40,251 bases of DNA from an uncultured Hyphomicrobiaceae bacterium (lineage in GTDB: Bacteria > Pseudomonadota > Alphaproteobacteria > Rhizobiales > Methyloligellaceae). The DNA is taken from assembly GCA_964454415.1 (NCBI GenBank), contig CAYVYD010000001.1, forward strand, positions 1 to 40,251, in the 5' to 3' direction. Shown here one piece after another: positions 7,677 through 15,994 of this stretch. Numbering within the stretch: position 1 is the first letter of the stretch; every line of letters begins with the position of its first letter. A program made the translations under genes and the position numbers. The notes beneath the pieces were generated by a model that saw only the letters and a program-made list of their open reading frames with translations, did not search any database and had not been told where the DNA came from.

Positions 7677-10365
7677 TCGAGCCTCCCAAATTGATCACGT
7701 CGCTGAAATATTCGCGTCCCGCGCGCCGTGCGCTGACCGGGCGAACCGATACCACGATCCGGCCTGTCAGGGTCCGCGGCAGGGTTAGCCTCCTGACGCC
7801 GCTGACCTCGATCACCGGCTCGACGCGCTCCATGTCATTCCGGTCCGGCGGACGCGAACCGCACAACTCACCCCGCGTGTCGACCCGGTAAACCCGGACG
7901 ACCGACGCTTTTTCGGATTCGCCGTCCTGTTGGGCGTAATCGTAGCGGATCTGAACGGCCCTGTTTCCATTATTGGCGGGCGACACCTGGGTCTCGACAT
8001 GGCGGCCGGGCGCACGCGGCGTCAGGTCGCGCAAAAAGGGAGGCGCGGTCCAATCTAGCTTGATTATGGCCCAGGAATCCGACTCCTCCTTGTCGATGGC
8101 GAGGAGCTTGTGCCGGAACGGCCGCCACTCGTCGGATCTCGCCTCCTTCACCAGCCCCAGATTGCGGCAGCCGGGCAATGGATGACCCTGTAGCTGCCGT
8201 ATCGCCCTGACGGGAGTTGGATTGAGAAAGCAAACGAACAGGTCGGGCCGCCTATAGGACGGATTGGTCTTGGCGTCGGCGAGCCAGACGACGTGGCCGG
8301 AAAATATCGGCTCGAATCCCGATGCCGTTTGTTCGTAGCCGCCGGCCGCGAACCCCCAATCGGTGTAACCCCAACTGCCCGACTTCACGGCGAAGGGGAC
8401 GGCATAGGTGTTCGATACGATCGTGCTTCCCTCGAGCGGTTGTTGGGCCAATGCGTCGATCCAAGCAAATTGATTGGGCGGAAGCAGCAGCGCGCACGCC
8501 CCTTGCGCCCAAATCCAATGCAAACCCATCGCCGCGGCGGCGAACACACCGAATCCCCCCGCCGGACGCAACGCAACCCGCATCCGCCGCGCCAAGCCGG
8601 ATTGTCCCGCGATTTGCCCGATGATGCCTGCACGTTCGGAAAGTTCGCCGGCCGCCGCCAAGGTCACATAGATCGCCAAGGCGACGGCAGCGGCCACGTG
8701 CGCCACCAGGACGGTTTGGTCGCGGTCCAGATAGCCGCTCCAAACATAGCCGGGAAACAGGCCGCCCATGACGGCCACGGCGATCGCTCCCGAAGCGAAG
8801 AACCCATAAAGACGGCCCCAACCCCGGTCTCCGCGTTGCGGGTGCGGCGGCACCAGGATCGCCACGCACCAGAGCGCAATCGCCGCGACGATCGCGGCTC
8901 CCTGCAGCACGAACCTGCCCGGAGGGGCGAGCATTTCGAGCCATAGGATCTGCTGGGTGGGGTCGTAGAGGCCGCTCTCGATGACGCCCCACCAGAGGAG
9001 CGCGAGCAAGAACAGGGTGCAGCCGGTCATGTGTATCGTCGCCGCGCTTGCGTTCGGTCCGGTCGTCAGGCTGCGTTCGAGGACGCGGAAACCGGCAACA
9101 CCGATGAGAACGCCCATGGCGGCGCAAACCGCGGCCACGGCCTGCCAGTCGAGCCCCCCCAGAGTGGCACGCGCCGACCACAGATCGGAAAGCCACAGCA
9201 CCTGGAAGACGAGCAAACCGCTGAGGGCGGCTGCGGCGACCGAGATCACCGGCCTGTAACGTCCGATCGAGTCCCGCTCCTGCCAGCGGCGAACCGCCAT
9301 CGCCGTGGCGTTGCGTATCGCAAATCCCAGCAACGCCACCATCGTCATCAGCGTCACGAAAGGCGTGAGGGTTTGCAAATGCCATCGCACGAAGGACGGC
9401 CAGAAATGCTCCAGCACTCCATCGGTGCGGTTCGAGGCGATGTTGTAGAAGAAGGCGATATTCCTGTCGCCGTAGAACGCCTCGATCAGCGCTTGAGCCG
9501 GCGCGCCGCCTGCCGCGAAGTTGCGAGCGAAGAACGTGAATCTCGCATCCGTCAGCGCGTCTTCCCAGCCGAGATAGCCCACCACCTGAAATAATAGAAC
9601 GACGAGCGAAGCGACGGCGCCGAGCCCCATCGCGCCCCAGCCGAGCAACAGACGCCGCCAATCGCGGCGCAACCGCCAGGCGAGATAGAGCCCGGTCATG
9701 GTGGCGGTAAAGCTGACGAACGCGAATTCGTAATAAAACAGGAAGAGGCAGTTGACGAATATCGGAGGCAACCAGCGCCAATTTTTCGATTGCGCGTAGA
9801 GTTCGGCGGTCAGCAAACTCGAAAAGATGAAGAAATGAGTCCAGATCCGGTAGGTGTTGGCCTGCCACTGGGCGAAGTAAAGGTAATCGGTGATCAGCAC
9901 CAGACACGCCAACAGCGCGAAACGGTGACCTGCGCACGCCGTGAAGAACCGGAACGCCATGAAGACCACGGCAAGCCCGGCGGTAAACGTCGTAACGGTG
10001 ATCTGGCTCTCGATCGATCGCAGACCCAACAGGTGCAAAACCGCGGCGAACAGGCGCGGGACGTTGCCCTGATGGGTATGCACGAAGGGGTGAGCCTCGG
10101 CCGACGGGCTTGCCGCGTCGTCGGCAAGCCCGAAGCTTTTGGCCGGGCCGCGTTCGATCAGGTTCCTGGCGTGATTGAGCGTGGAGTAGGACTCGTTGTT
10201 GTCGAGCACATAGGGCTTGAAGTCGCCGGCATAGAGCAGGCTCGCATAGACGATGACGTAGACGCCGAGCAGGACGGTCAGGCAGGTGCGGGCATCGAGC
10301 TTCGTCCAGGCTGAAAACAATGGCGCTCCCATGGCTTGCCGCGCGAACTGAACAGTGCTGGACAT
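7663..10365 (-). CDS. large polytopic membrane protein (P900), candidate GT-C-type glycosyltransferase; paralog of 26114..28375 and 35951..37871
   Basis: 900-aa ORF with an ATG preceded by GGAG at a 9-nt spacing. About 630 aa contain many hydrophobic helices, followed by a ~270-aa soluble C-terminal region. The first loop carries DNNESY...HPFVHTH, a motif shared with two other genes in the window. The function is an inference. Confidence 0.75.
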   Translation of the reverse strand: MSSTVQFARQAMGAPLFSAWTKLDARTCLTVLLGVYVIVYASLLYAGDFKPYVLDNNESYSTLNHARNLIERGPAKSFGLADDAASPSAEAHPFVHTHQGNVPRLFAAVLHLLGLRSIESQITVTTFTAGLAVVFMAFRFFTACAGHRFALLACLVLITDYLYFAQWQANTYRIWTHFFIFSSLLTAELYAQSKNWRWLPPIFVNCLFLFYYEFAFVSFTATMTGLYLAWRLRRDWRRLLLGWGAMGLGAVASLVVLLFQVVGYLGWEDALTDARFTFFARNFAAGGAPAQALIEAFYGDRNIAFFYNIASNRTDGVLEHFWPSFVRWHLQTLTPFVTLMTMVALLGFAIRNATAMAVRRWQERDSIGRYRPVISVAAAALSGLLVFQVLWLSDLWSARATLGGLDWQAVAAVCAAMGVLIGVAGFRVLERSLTTGPNASAATIHMTGCTLFLLALLWWGVIESGLYDPTQQILWLEMLAPPGRFVLQGAAIVAAIALWCVAILVPPHPQRGDRGWGRLYGFFASGAIAVAVMGGLFPGYVWSGYLDRDQTVLVAHVAAAVALAIYVTLAAAGELSERAGIIGQIAGQSGLARRMRVALRPAGGFGVFAAAAMGLHWIWAQGACALLLPPNQFAWIDALAQQPLEGSTIVSNTYAVPFAVKSGSWGYTDWGFAAGGYEQTASGFEPIFSGHVVWLADAKTNPSYRRPDLFVCFLNPTPVRAIRQLQGHPLPGCRNLGLVKEARSDEWRPFRHKLLAIDKEESDSWAIIKLDWTAPPFLRDLTPRAPGRHVETQVSPANNGNRAVQIRYDYAQQDGESEKASVVRVYRVDTRGELCGSRPPDRNDMERVEPVIEVSGVRRLTLPRTLTGRIVVSVRPVSARRAGREYFSDVINLGGSNGGC

Positions 10366-10422
10366 GTCAATCGTCTCCGGGATGTGGCGCGTTTGGCCCT
10401 TGACCGAACAGGTGCGCCGTCC

Positions 10423-11733
10423 CTACCGGGCCTTGTCGCGAGCGCCCACGCCCAGCGTCCGCAGCGCGCGATAGTAAACGTCCGTGAGTGGCTCCGATTG
10501 CGACCGCGCGCCGGTGTCGTGCATGCGTTCGGGGAGCGACTTGATCTCCCACCACCACGACCCAGCCGCGCCGTAAATGGTGAACAAAGAGACGAATCCG
10601 ACCGCCACGAGCGCCGCTTGCGTGGCGTTGCGCTCGCGCATGAATCGCATCGCCTTCACCGAGGCGGCGAAAATCGCCGTCGCCACCGCGACAACGATCA
10701 ACCGCGCTGCCAGTTGCACGAATACCGATTCAGGAGCCGAGAGCGAGGTTTCGGTGTGCGTCACGGCGACGAAGGCCATCGCGGCCGGCGTGAAGACCAT
10801 CGCCGCCAGAACGATGGCGCCCGTATCCACGGCCGGCATCAACTCGCGTGCGCCCAATGGCTGTCCGAATTGCCACGCCTGAGCCACCAGCGTCACGACC
10901 GCTAGCGCGACCACGCCCACCGCGAGCAACGCTTCGCCTTCGGCAACGATCCGCCATTGCCCCAGCGCCAACGCGGCGAGGGCAAGGGCGAACGCAAATC
11001 CCAGCCACCTCGACGAAACCTGGCCCCGTCTCAACGCCAAATCCATCACCGCGACACCGAAAAGCATCAATCCGCCGAGTGTCAAGTGAAACGCGATCGT
11101 CGCGGCCAGCAGGGCATAGCCCGCCTCCAAACGCCCGCTCCAGCGGTTGGCCAATACGGCCATGAAGATCAGCACCACCGTCGATTTAGGCCAGATGCTC
11201 AGCGGCGATAGCGCCTCTCCCGGGTCGACGGCCAGCACGATCAGGTTCAGCAAATTGTCCAGCCCGCCGAACGACATCAGATGATCGCTTCCCGAAGGAC
11301 CCGGCAGAAACCCGGTGAGGGCCGCGATGCTCACCGCGAGCGCGAAGGGAGCGTCCATTTTCGGCACCCGCCACAGACCACCGGTGGCAACGGCGATACC
11401 GATGACGAGAGGAATGGCCAGGCCGACGCCGATCGCCACGGTTAGATTCGCCGCAAAGAGCCGGGCCGCCGCATAGCCCGCGACCGCGGCGACAGGATAG
11501 TTTTTCGCCGAAAGCTCGCGCCGCCTGAGTTCCTGGGCCTGCTCCGGCACCGCGGTCGCATGTTGCCCGAGCGCGTGTTCGGCGCGCTCCGGCTCGAACC
11601 AGCTATATCCGATAAAGTGAATGTAGAAGACGTCCGACTTGGCGGTAAGCGCCGTGGAGAGATGGAACAGGCCCGCGGCTGCGGCCGTGACGATCGCGCA
11701 AATCAGGAAAGGTCTAAGGCGGAAAATTTGCAT
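10423..11733 (-). CDS. polytopic membrane protein (P436), hypothetical; possible Wzy/ligase-like role
   Basis: 436-aa ORF with an ATG start and roughly 10 hydrophobic segments. I recognise no diagnostic motif. Confidence 0.65.
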   Translation of the reverse strand: MQIFRLRPFLICAIVTAAAAGLFHLSTALTAKSDVFYIHFIGYSWFEPERAEHALGQHATAVPEQAQELRRRELSAKNYPVAAVAGYAAARLFAANLTVAIGVGLAIPLVIGIAVATGGLWRVPKMDAPFALAVSIAALTGFLPGPSGSDHLMSFGGLDNLLNLIVLAVDPGEALSPLSIWPKSTVVLIFMAVLANRWSGRLEAGYALLAATIAFHLTLGGLMLFGVAVMDLALRRGQVSSRWLGFAFALALAALALGQWRIVAEGEALLAVGVVALAVVTLVAQAWQFGQPLGARELMPAVDTGAIVLAAMVFTPAAMAFVAVTHTETSLSAPESVFVQLAARLIVVAVATAIFAASVKAMRFMRERNATQAALVAVGFVSLFTIYGAAGSWWWEIKSLPERMHDTGARSQSEPLTDVYYRALRTLGVGARDKAR

Positions 11734-11751
11734 GGCGACCGGTCGCGCCGC

Positions 11752-12582
11752 CTAGCGCGGCGAGGCTCCCCCACCAAGAATTGGGATCAGCGGTTCTTTT
11801 CCCTTCGGCACGAGGAATACGTTGTTTGAGTCGGCCGACCGAGCATCGTCTTCCAGAGTGAGCCGCCGGAATGCGTCCTTGTCGATATCGTAGGCGAAAA
11901 TCAGGTAGTCGTGCCGTTTGCAAAACTCAGCGAAGGCCGCGACGCCCACTTGACAGGCCTCGACCATCAGGAATGGACGCGTCCGTTCGATGGTTTTCTC
12001 AGCCCCGGCCAGCACGTCTGCTTCGTGCCCCTCGACATCGATCTTGATGATCGCCGGCGCGAGATCGAGCTCGTCGATGGGCACGACCGGCCACTCCGCC
12101 GCAAGCACGTCGGTGTCGTCGCCAACCTTCGGTCCGAAACTCTCGCGCACCGCGGAGAGAACCTGCTGCTTGTCGGTCGAGGTGAAGGTGTGCAGCACGA
12201 CCGATTTGTGGCGCGGCGTGTAGAAAGTGAGGGTTTCCCGCTTGCGGCCGGCACCGGTCAATCGGTACTCGAATCCGCCGATCCGGCGCCCGACGCGCCG
12301 CAACGCCTTCTCGTGCCGGGGATCGGGCTCGAGCGACAATATTTCATAGCTCTTGTTCAAACGCCTGAAGGAAAGCGCCGAAATGCCGTTATTGGCGCCG
12401 ACGTCGAGAAACAGCCCGTCGGGCTCTCGCGCGAAGTGTACCAACGCCAGATAGCTCTTGTCGTGTGGCAGCAGCAGCGGCGCGGCTCCGGCATAGCGCC
12501 ACATCAACCTCCATATGAATGGATTGATGGTGGAGATGTGCTTGGCGATTCGCGACAACGCCATCATGTCGGCTCGTGGCAT
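11752..12582 (-). CDS. FkbM-family SAM-dependent methyltransferase
   Basis: Motifs LDVGANNGISALSF and IIKIDVEGHEADVL are characteristic of the FkbM family. The start may instead be ATGATG at 12567/12564, overlapping the upstream stop. Confidence 0.8.
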   Translation of the reverse strand: MPRADMMALSRIAKHISTINPFIWRLMWRYAGAAPLLLPHDKSYLALVHFAREPDGLFLDVGANNGISALSFRRLNKSYEILSLEPDPRHEKALRRVGRRIGGFEYRLTGAGRKRETLTFYTPRHKSVVLHTFTSTDKQQVLSAVRESFGPKVGDDTDVLAAEWPVVPIDELDLAPAIIKIDVEGHEADVLAGAEKTIERTRPFLMVEACQVGVAAFAEFCKRHDYLIFAYDIDKDAFRRLTLEDDARSADSNNVFLVPKGKEPLIPILGGGASPR

Positions 12583-13607
12583 GCTTGTTCATCGTTGACC
12601 CGGTAAGCTGCGTTCAACGAGTGGTGCCGCAGCAACCGGTGCGGGGTCGACCAGACATCGAACCATCGCATGCGCAAAAACAAGTAGAGGTCGGCGAGCG
12701 GCGGCGCGCTCATTCGGGCCAGTCCCCGCGCCAGCCTCAAATCGGCGGGGTGAAGACCGAAGACCCCGGCGCTTTTGACGTCGAGCCTGGAGCGGGCGAG
12801 CTGACGCCGCAGGGCACCGAAGGCGGTGCGCTGCCGCCAGCGCCGGATATAAGTCCGTGAAAAGCGGCGCTCCGGATCGCCTTCCATCAGCGTGCACGCC
12901 CCGTCGAGCACCTCCTGCAGAATTCCGGCGTTCATGTTGGTGGTGTCCGACACGCTCCCCGCCCGCCGGCGCCAACTCATCAGCGGCCGCGGTATGAAGC
13001 AGGCGCCCTGCTTGAGCGCCAGCAAGCGGTGCATCATGCCGTCGGCGAAGCCGTGTAGCTCGGGCCGGAAGCCGCCTTCGGCCAAAATCGCCTCGCGGCG
13101 ATAGACCACCGACCCGCCGATGATCCAGCTGTCGTGATGGAGCATGACGCGGCGGGCCGCATCGGGGTCGATGAAGCCGTCATGCGTCTCGGGAACGGGC
13201 GAGGCGAACACGCCGCTGTCCGTACCATCCTCGTCGAGGACCCGGCACAGGCTCGAACACAGGCCGGTCCTGGGATACTTTTCCAGCAGGCCGCGCGAAA
13301 GGGCGAAGAGCCCGGGCAAGACCAAGTCGTCGGCGGCGGCGAAGAAGATGTGCGTGCTCGCCGCCTCGCGGGCGAATTGATTCATCGTCGCCACCACCCC
13401 CTGGGTGCGCTCGCGGTAGACCGGACGGATCAGCTTATGGCGCCGCGCGTATTGGGCGATGATCTCCCGGCTGCCGTCGCTTGAGCCGTCGTCGACGACG
13501 ACGAGCTCGTCGGGCGGCGGCGATTGGCCGAGCAGCGAGTCGAGCGCCTGCGGCAGATAGCGGGCGTCGTTCAGATTGGGGAGGATGACCGAAAGCGAAA
13601 AGCTCAT
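12564..13607 (-). CDS. family 2 glycosyltransferase
   Basis: ORF 12564..14033 trimmed to the ATG at 13607 (MSFSLSVILPNLNDARYL...VVVDDGSSDGS). This is the GT2 N-terminal Rossmann/DxD region. The upstream part of the ORF is Arg-rich junk overlapping the next gene. Confidence 0.85.
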   Translation of the reverse strand: MSFSLSVILPNLNDARYLPQALDSLLGQSPPPDELVVVDDGSSDGSREIIAQYARRHKLIRPVYRERTQGVVATMNQFAREAASTHIFFAAADDLVLPGLFALSRGLLEKYPRTGLCSSLCRVLDEDGTDSGVFASPVPETHDGFIDPDAARRVMLHHDSWIIGGSVVYRREAILAEGGFRPELHGFADGMMHRLLALKQGACFIPRPLMSWRRRAGSVSDTTNMNAGILQEVLDGACTLMEGDPERRFSRTYIRRWRQRTAFGALRRQLARSRLDVKSAGVFGLHPADLRLARGLARMSAPPLADLYLFLRMRWFDVWSTPHRLLRHHSLNAAYRVNDEQACHEPT

Positions 13608-13654
13608 ATGCCCGTTTCGTCTGCGCCCGTCGCCCGCCGGGATCCGGTCCGCGG

Positions 13655-14341
13655 TCAGCGGCTCTTGGGTCCTAATCCGATCGCGAGCAGGTAGTTGGCC
13701 ATCTTGTGGAAGCCCGTATGCACGACCTCGTCGTTCATGGCGAACATGCAGACCGACGAGAAGTGCCGCTCCATCACCGCCTTGAGGTCCGGCATCGACT
13801 TGCAGTTGACGTGACCGGCCTTGCTCTGGGGCGAGGCGTGGGGCTGGGATTCGAGCGACGGCATGCCGATGATGCAGGTGGCCTGCGGCGTCAGCGAGCG
13901 CGCGACGTTGCCCAGGAACCGGTCCTCCTCGGCGGGGGCTATGTGTTCCAGCACGTCGAGCGAATAGGCCGCGTCGTGAACGTCTTGCGTCGGGCCGGCG
14001 AGCATGTCGTGGACCCGGAAATCCACCGGCCACTTGTCGCAGGCCCGCGACGTCGCGTCCTCGATGAAGACCGGATCGAAGTCGACCGCCGTGACGGCCC
14101 CCGCCGCCTGGCGCACGATCCGGGTGCCGAAGCCGTCGCCGCAGCCGACCTCGAGGACCCGGCCCGCGCCCTCCAGCATCTTGGCCACGAATTTGTAGCG
14201 CGAAAGGGTGAAGACCAGCCGCTTGGGATCGTCATGCCAGGTCTGGCTCGTCATCAAGCCAAGCGATTCGAGGCCGCGTTCGCGCGCGTAGTCGACGCAG
14301 AACTGATATTGCGGTTCCTTGGTTTGCCTGTTCTTCGCCAT
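13655..14341 (-). CDS. class I SAM-dependent methyltransferase
   Basis: Motif I VLEVGCGDGFGT and post-I AVDFD, followed by SLDVLEHI. 228 aa. Confidence 0.8.
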   Translation of the reverse strand: MAKNRQTKEPQYQFCVDYARERGLESLGLMTSQTWHDDPKRLVFTLSRYKFVAKMLEGAGRVLEVGCGDGFGTRIVRQAAGAVTAVDFDPVFIEDATSRACDKWPVDFRVHDMLAGPTQDVHDAAYSLDVLEHIAPAEEDRFLGNVARSLTPQATCIIGMPSLESQPHASPQSKAGHVNCKSMPDLKAVMERHFSSVCMFAMNDEVVHTGFHKMANYLLAIGLGPKSR

Positions 14342-14408
14342 CGCCTGGCCGCGTCTTCCTTCCTTGCTCCCGCAGCAGCACGTCCCGCTTGGGCGTTCAA
14401 AGTCAAGT

Positions 14409-15095
14409 CTAAGTGATGAGCGTTTCCGGATCGGCCTCGAGAATCGTCCAGTAATAATCGCCCGAATAACCGGCCGAGGAAAACATCTCCTTCCAGTCCT
14501 CCGGCGATCCGTGGGTGAGCGCGGTCAGCATCCAGTCCTCGAACAGCCGGCGCTCTTCGGCCGAGCGGTAGGCGTCGACCTGGACGAAGCCGCGGCCCGG
14601 TGCCAGGCGTTCGATCTCGGCCAGCGCCCGCAGGCAGCGCGCGCGCTCGAGGTTGTGGACGGTGTTGATGGAGACCACCGCGTCGAAGCTGCCGTCGGCG
14701 AAGGGCAGCCGGTCGGCGGTCCCCGCCACCAGACGGCCCGCCGCCTCTTGCGGAGCCCGCGCCAGCGCGTAAAGAGAGATGTCGAGGCCGTAGACCTCGA
14801 GGCCGGGACAAGCGCCGAGCAGGTCCTTCACCAGAAACCCCTTGGCGCAGCCCACGTCGAGCACCCGCTCCCCCGGCTTCAGCCCGAAATGATCGATGAG
14901 GCGGTGCGCCACGGGAACCCAGCGCCCGTCGTAACGGTAGCCGCCATAGCCCTGTTCCCGGCTGCCGTCGAAATAGGCCTTGCCGAAGGCGAGCGCGGCA
15001 TGCCGGTTGCGCGCCTTCTCGCGGCGCCGGGCGGCGACGTTCCGCTTGATCTTTTTCGGCAGCGCCTCGAGCAGATTGATCTCGCGCCCCATCAC
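14409..15095 (-). CDS. class I SAM-dependent methyltransferase
   Basis: Motif I VLDVGCAKGFL, then YGLDIS and FDAVVSINTVHN. Either a GTG at 15095 or an ATG at 15092 overlaps the upstream TGA. Confidence 0.8.
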   Translation of the reverse strand: MMGREINLLEALPKKIKRNVAARRREKARNRHAALAFGKAYFDGSREQGYGGYRYDGRWVPVAHRLIDHFGLKPGERVLDVGCAKGFLVKDLLGACPGLEVYGLDISLYALARAPQEAAGRLVAGTADRLPFADGSFDAVVSINTVHNLERARCLRALAEIERLAPGRGFVQVDAYRSAEERRLFEDWMLTALTHGSPEDWKEMFSSAGYSGDYYWTILEADPETLIT

Positions 15096-15979
15096 CCCAC
15101 CTCGGCGACCTCTGCATGGGCGGCCTCCAGCCCCTCTTCGAGCGGCGTTGCGGCGAGATCTGGAAAGGCTTGCCTCATCGCGCTCACGTCGAACCGGCGG
15201 TGGGTGATCGGAAACTGGCGCGGCGAGCCGGCGATCTCGATCTCGCGCGGGAACGCTCCGGCGACCAGCTCGGCCACGCGCCGGAAGCTCTCCGAGCGGC
15301 CGCTCGCCAGGTTGAGGAGGCCGCGCGAGCGGTGGCGGACGACCTCGGCGATCACGGCGGCCGCGTCGGCGACGAACATGTGGTCCCGCGTCTCCTCGCC
15401 CTCGCCTCCGAGCGAAATCCTGCCCGTCTCAGCCGCCTGGCGGCGAAACCAGTTGGGGCCGTAGGAGCCGTGCGTGTCGCCCTCGCCGTAAAGCAGCGTC
15501 GGGCGCAGCACCGCGAGCGGCATCTCCTTGCAGGCGTCCTGGAAGATGAGTTCGCGGGTCCGGTGCATCGCCGCGTAGAGGTCGCCGGGCTCGGCGGGCG
15601 TCTCCTCGCTGACGGTCTCGCTGCGGAACGAATAGACCGCATCCGAGCTCAGATAGACCACCTGCGCGACCGGCCGTTCGGCGAGCGCCGCGCAGACCTG
15701 CTCCGCCATTCTCAGATTCCGCATCAGCGTCGCCACGTCGCGGCCGCGGTCGGGCGTCAGCGCCGCCAGCATCACCAGGGCATCGCCCTCTCGGAGCATG
15801 CCCGCGAGCTTCTCCGCGGCGCCGTCGGCGGCAAGATCGACCTCGTTGCTCGAAAGCGCGATATGAGCCGCCCCCTCGCCCGCAAGCCGCCGGCACAGCG
15901 CCGATCCGAGGAACCCGCTCGCCCCCGCCACGACGACCCGCTCGGGCATGGCGGGTTTCTCGTTCAGATGCTCCAACAC
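15092..15979 (-). CDS. NAD-dependent epimerase/dehydratase family (extended SDR) with an atypical active-site motif
   Basis: VVVAGASGFLGS Rossmann motif and an SSDAVY segment. The expected YxxxK reads YAAMH. Start options are a GTG at 15979 or an ATG at 15949. Confidence 0.75.
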   Translation of the reverse strand: MLEHLNEKPAMPERVVVAGASGFLGSALCRRLAGEGAAHIALSSNEVDLAADGAAEKLAGMLREGDALVMLAALTPDRGRDVATLMRNLRMAEQVCAALAERPVAQVVYLSSDAVYSFRSETVSEETPAEPGDLYAAMHRTRELIFQDACKEMPLAVLRPTLLYGEGDTHGSYGPNWFRRQAAETGRISLGGEGEETRDHMFVADAAAVIAEVVRHRSRGLLNLASGRSESFRRVAELVAGAFPREIEIAGSPRQFPITHRRFDVSAMRQAFPDLAATPLEEGLEAAHAEVAEVG

Positions 15980-15994
15980 AAAACTCCCTCCGGC

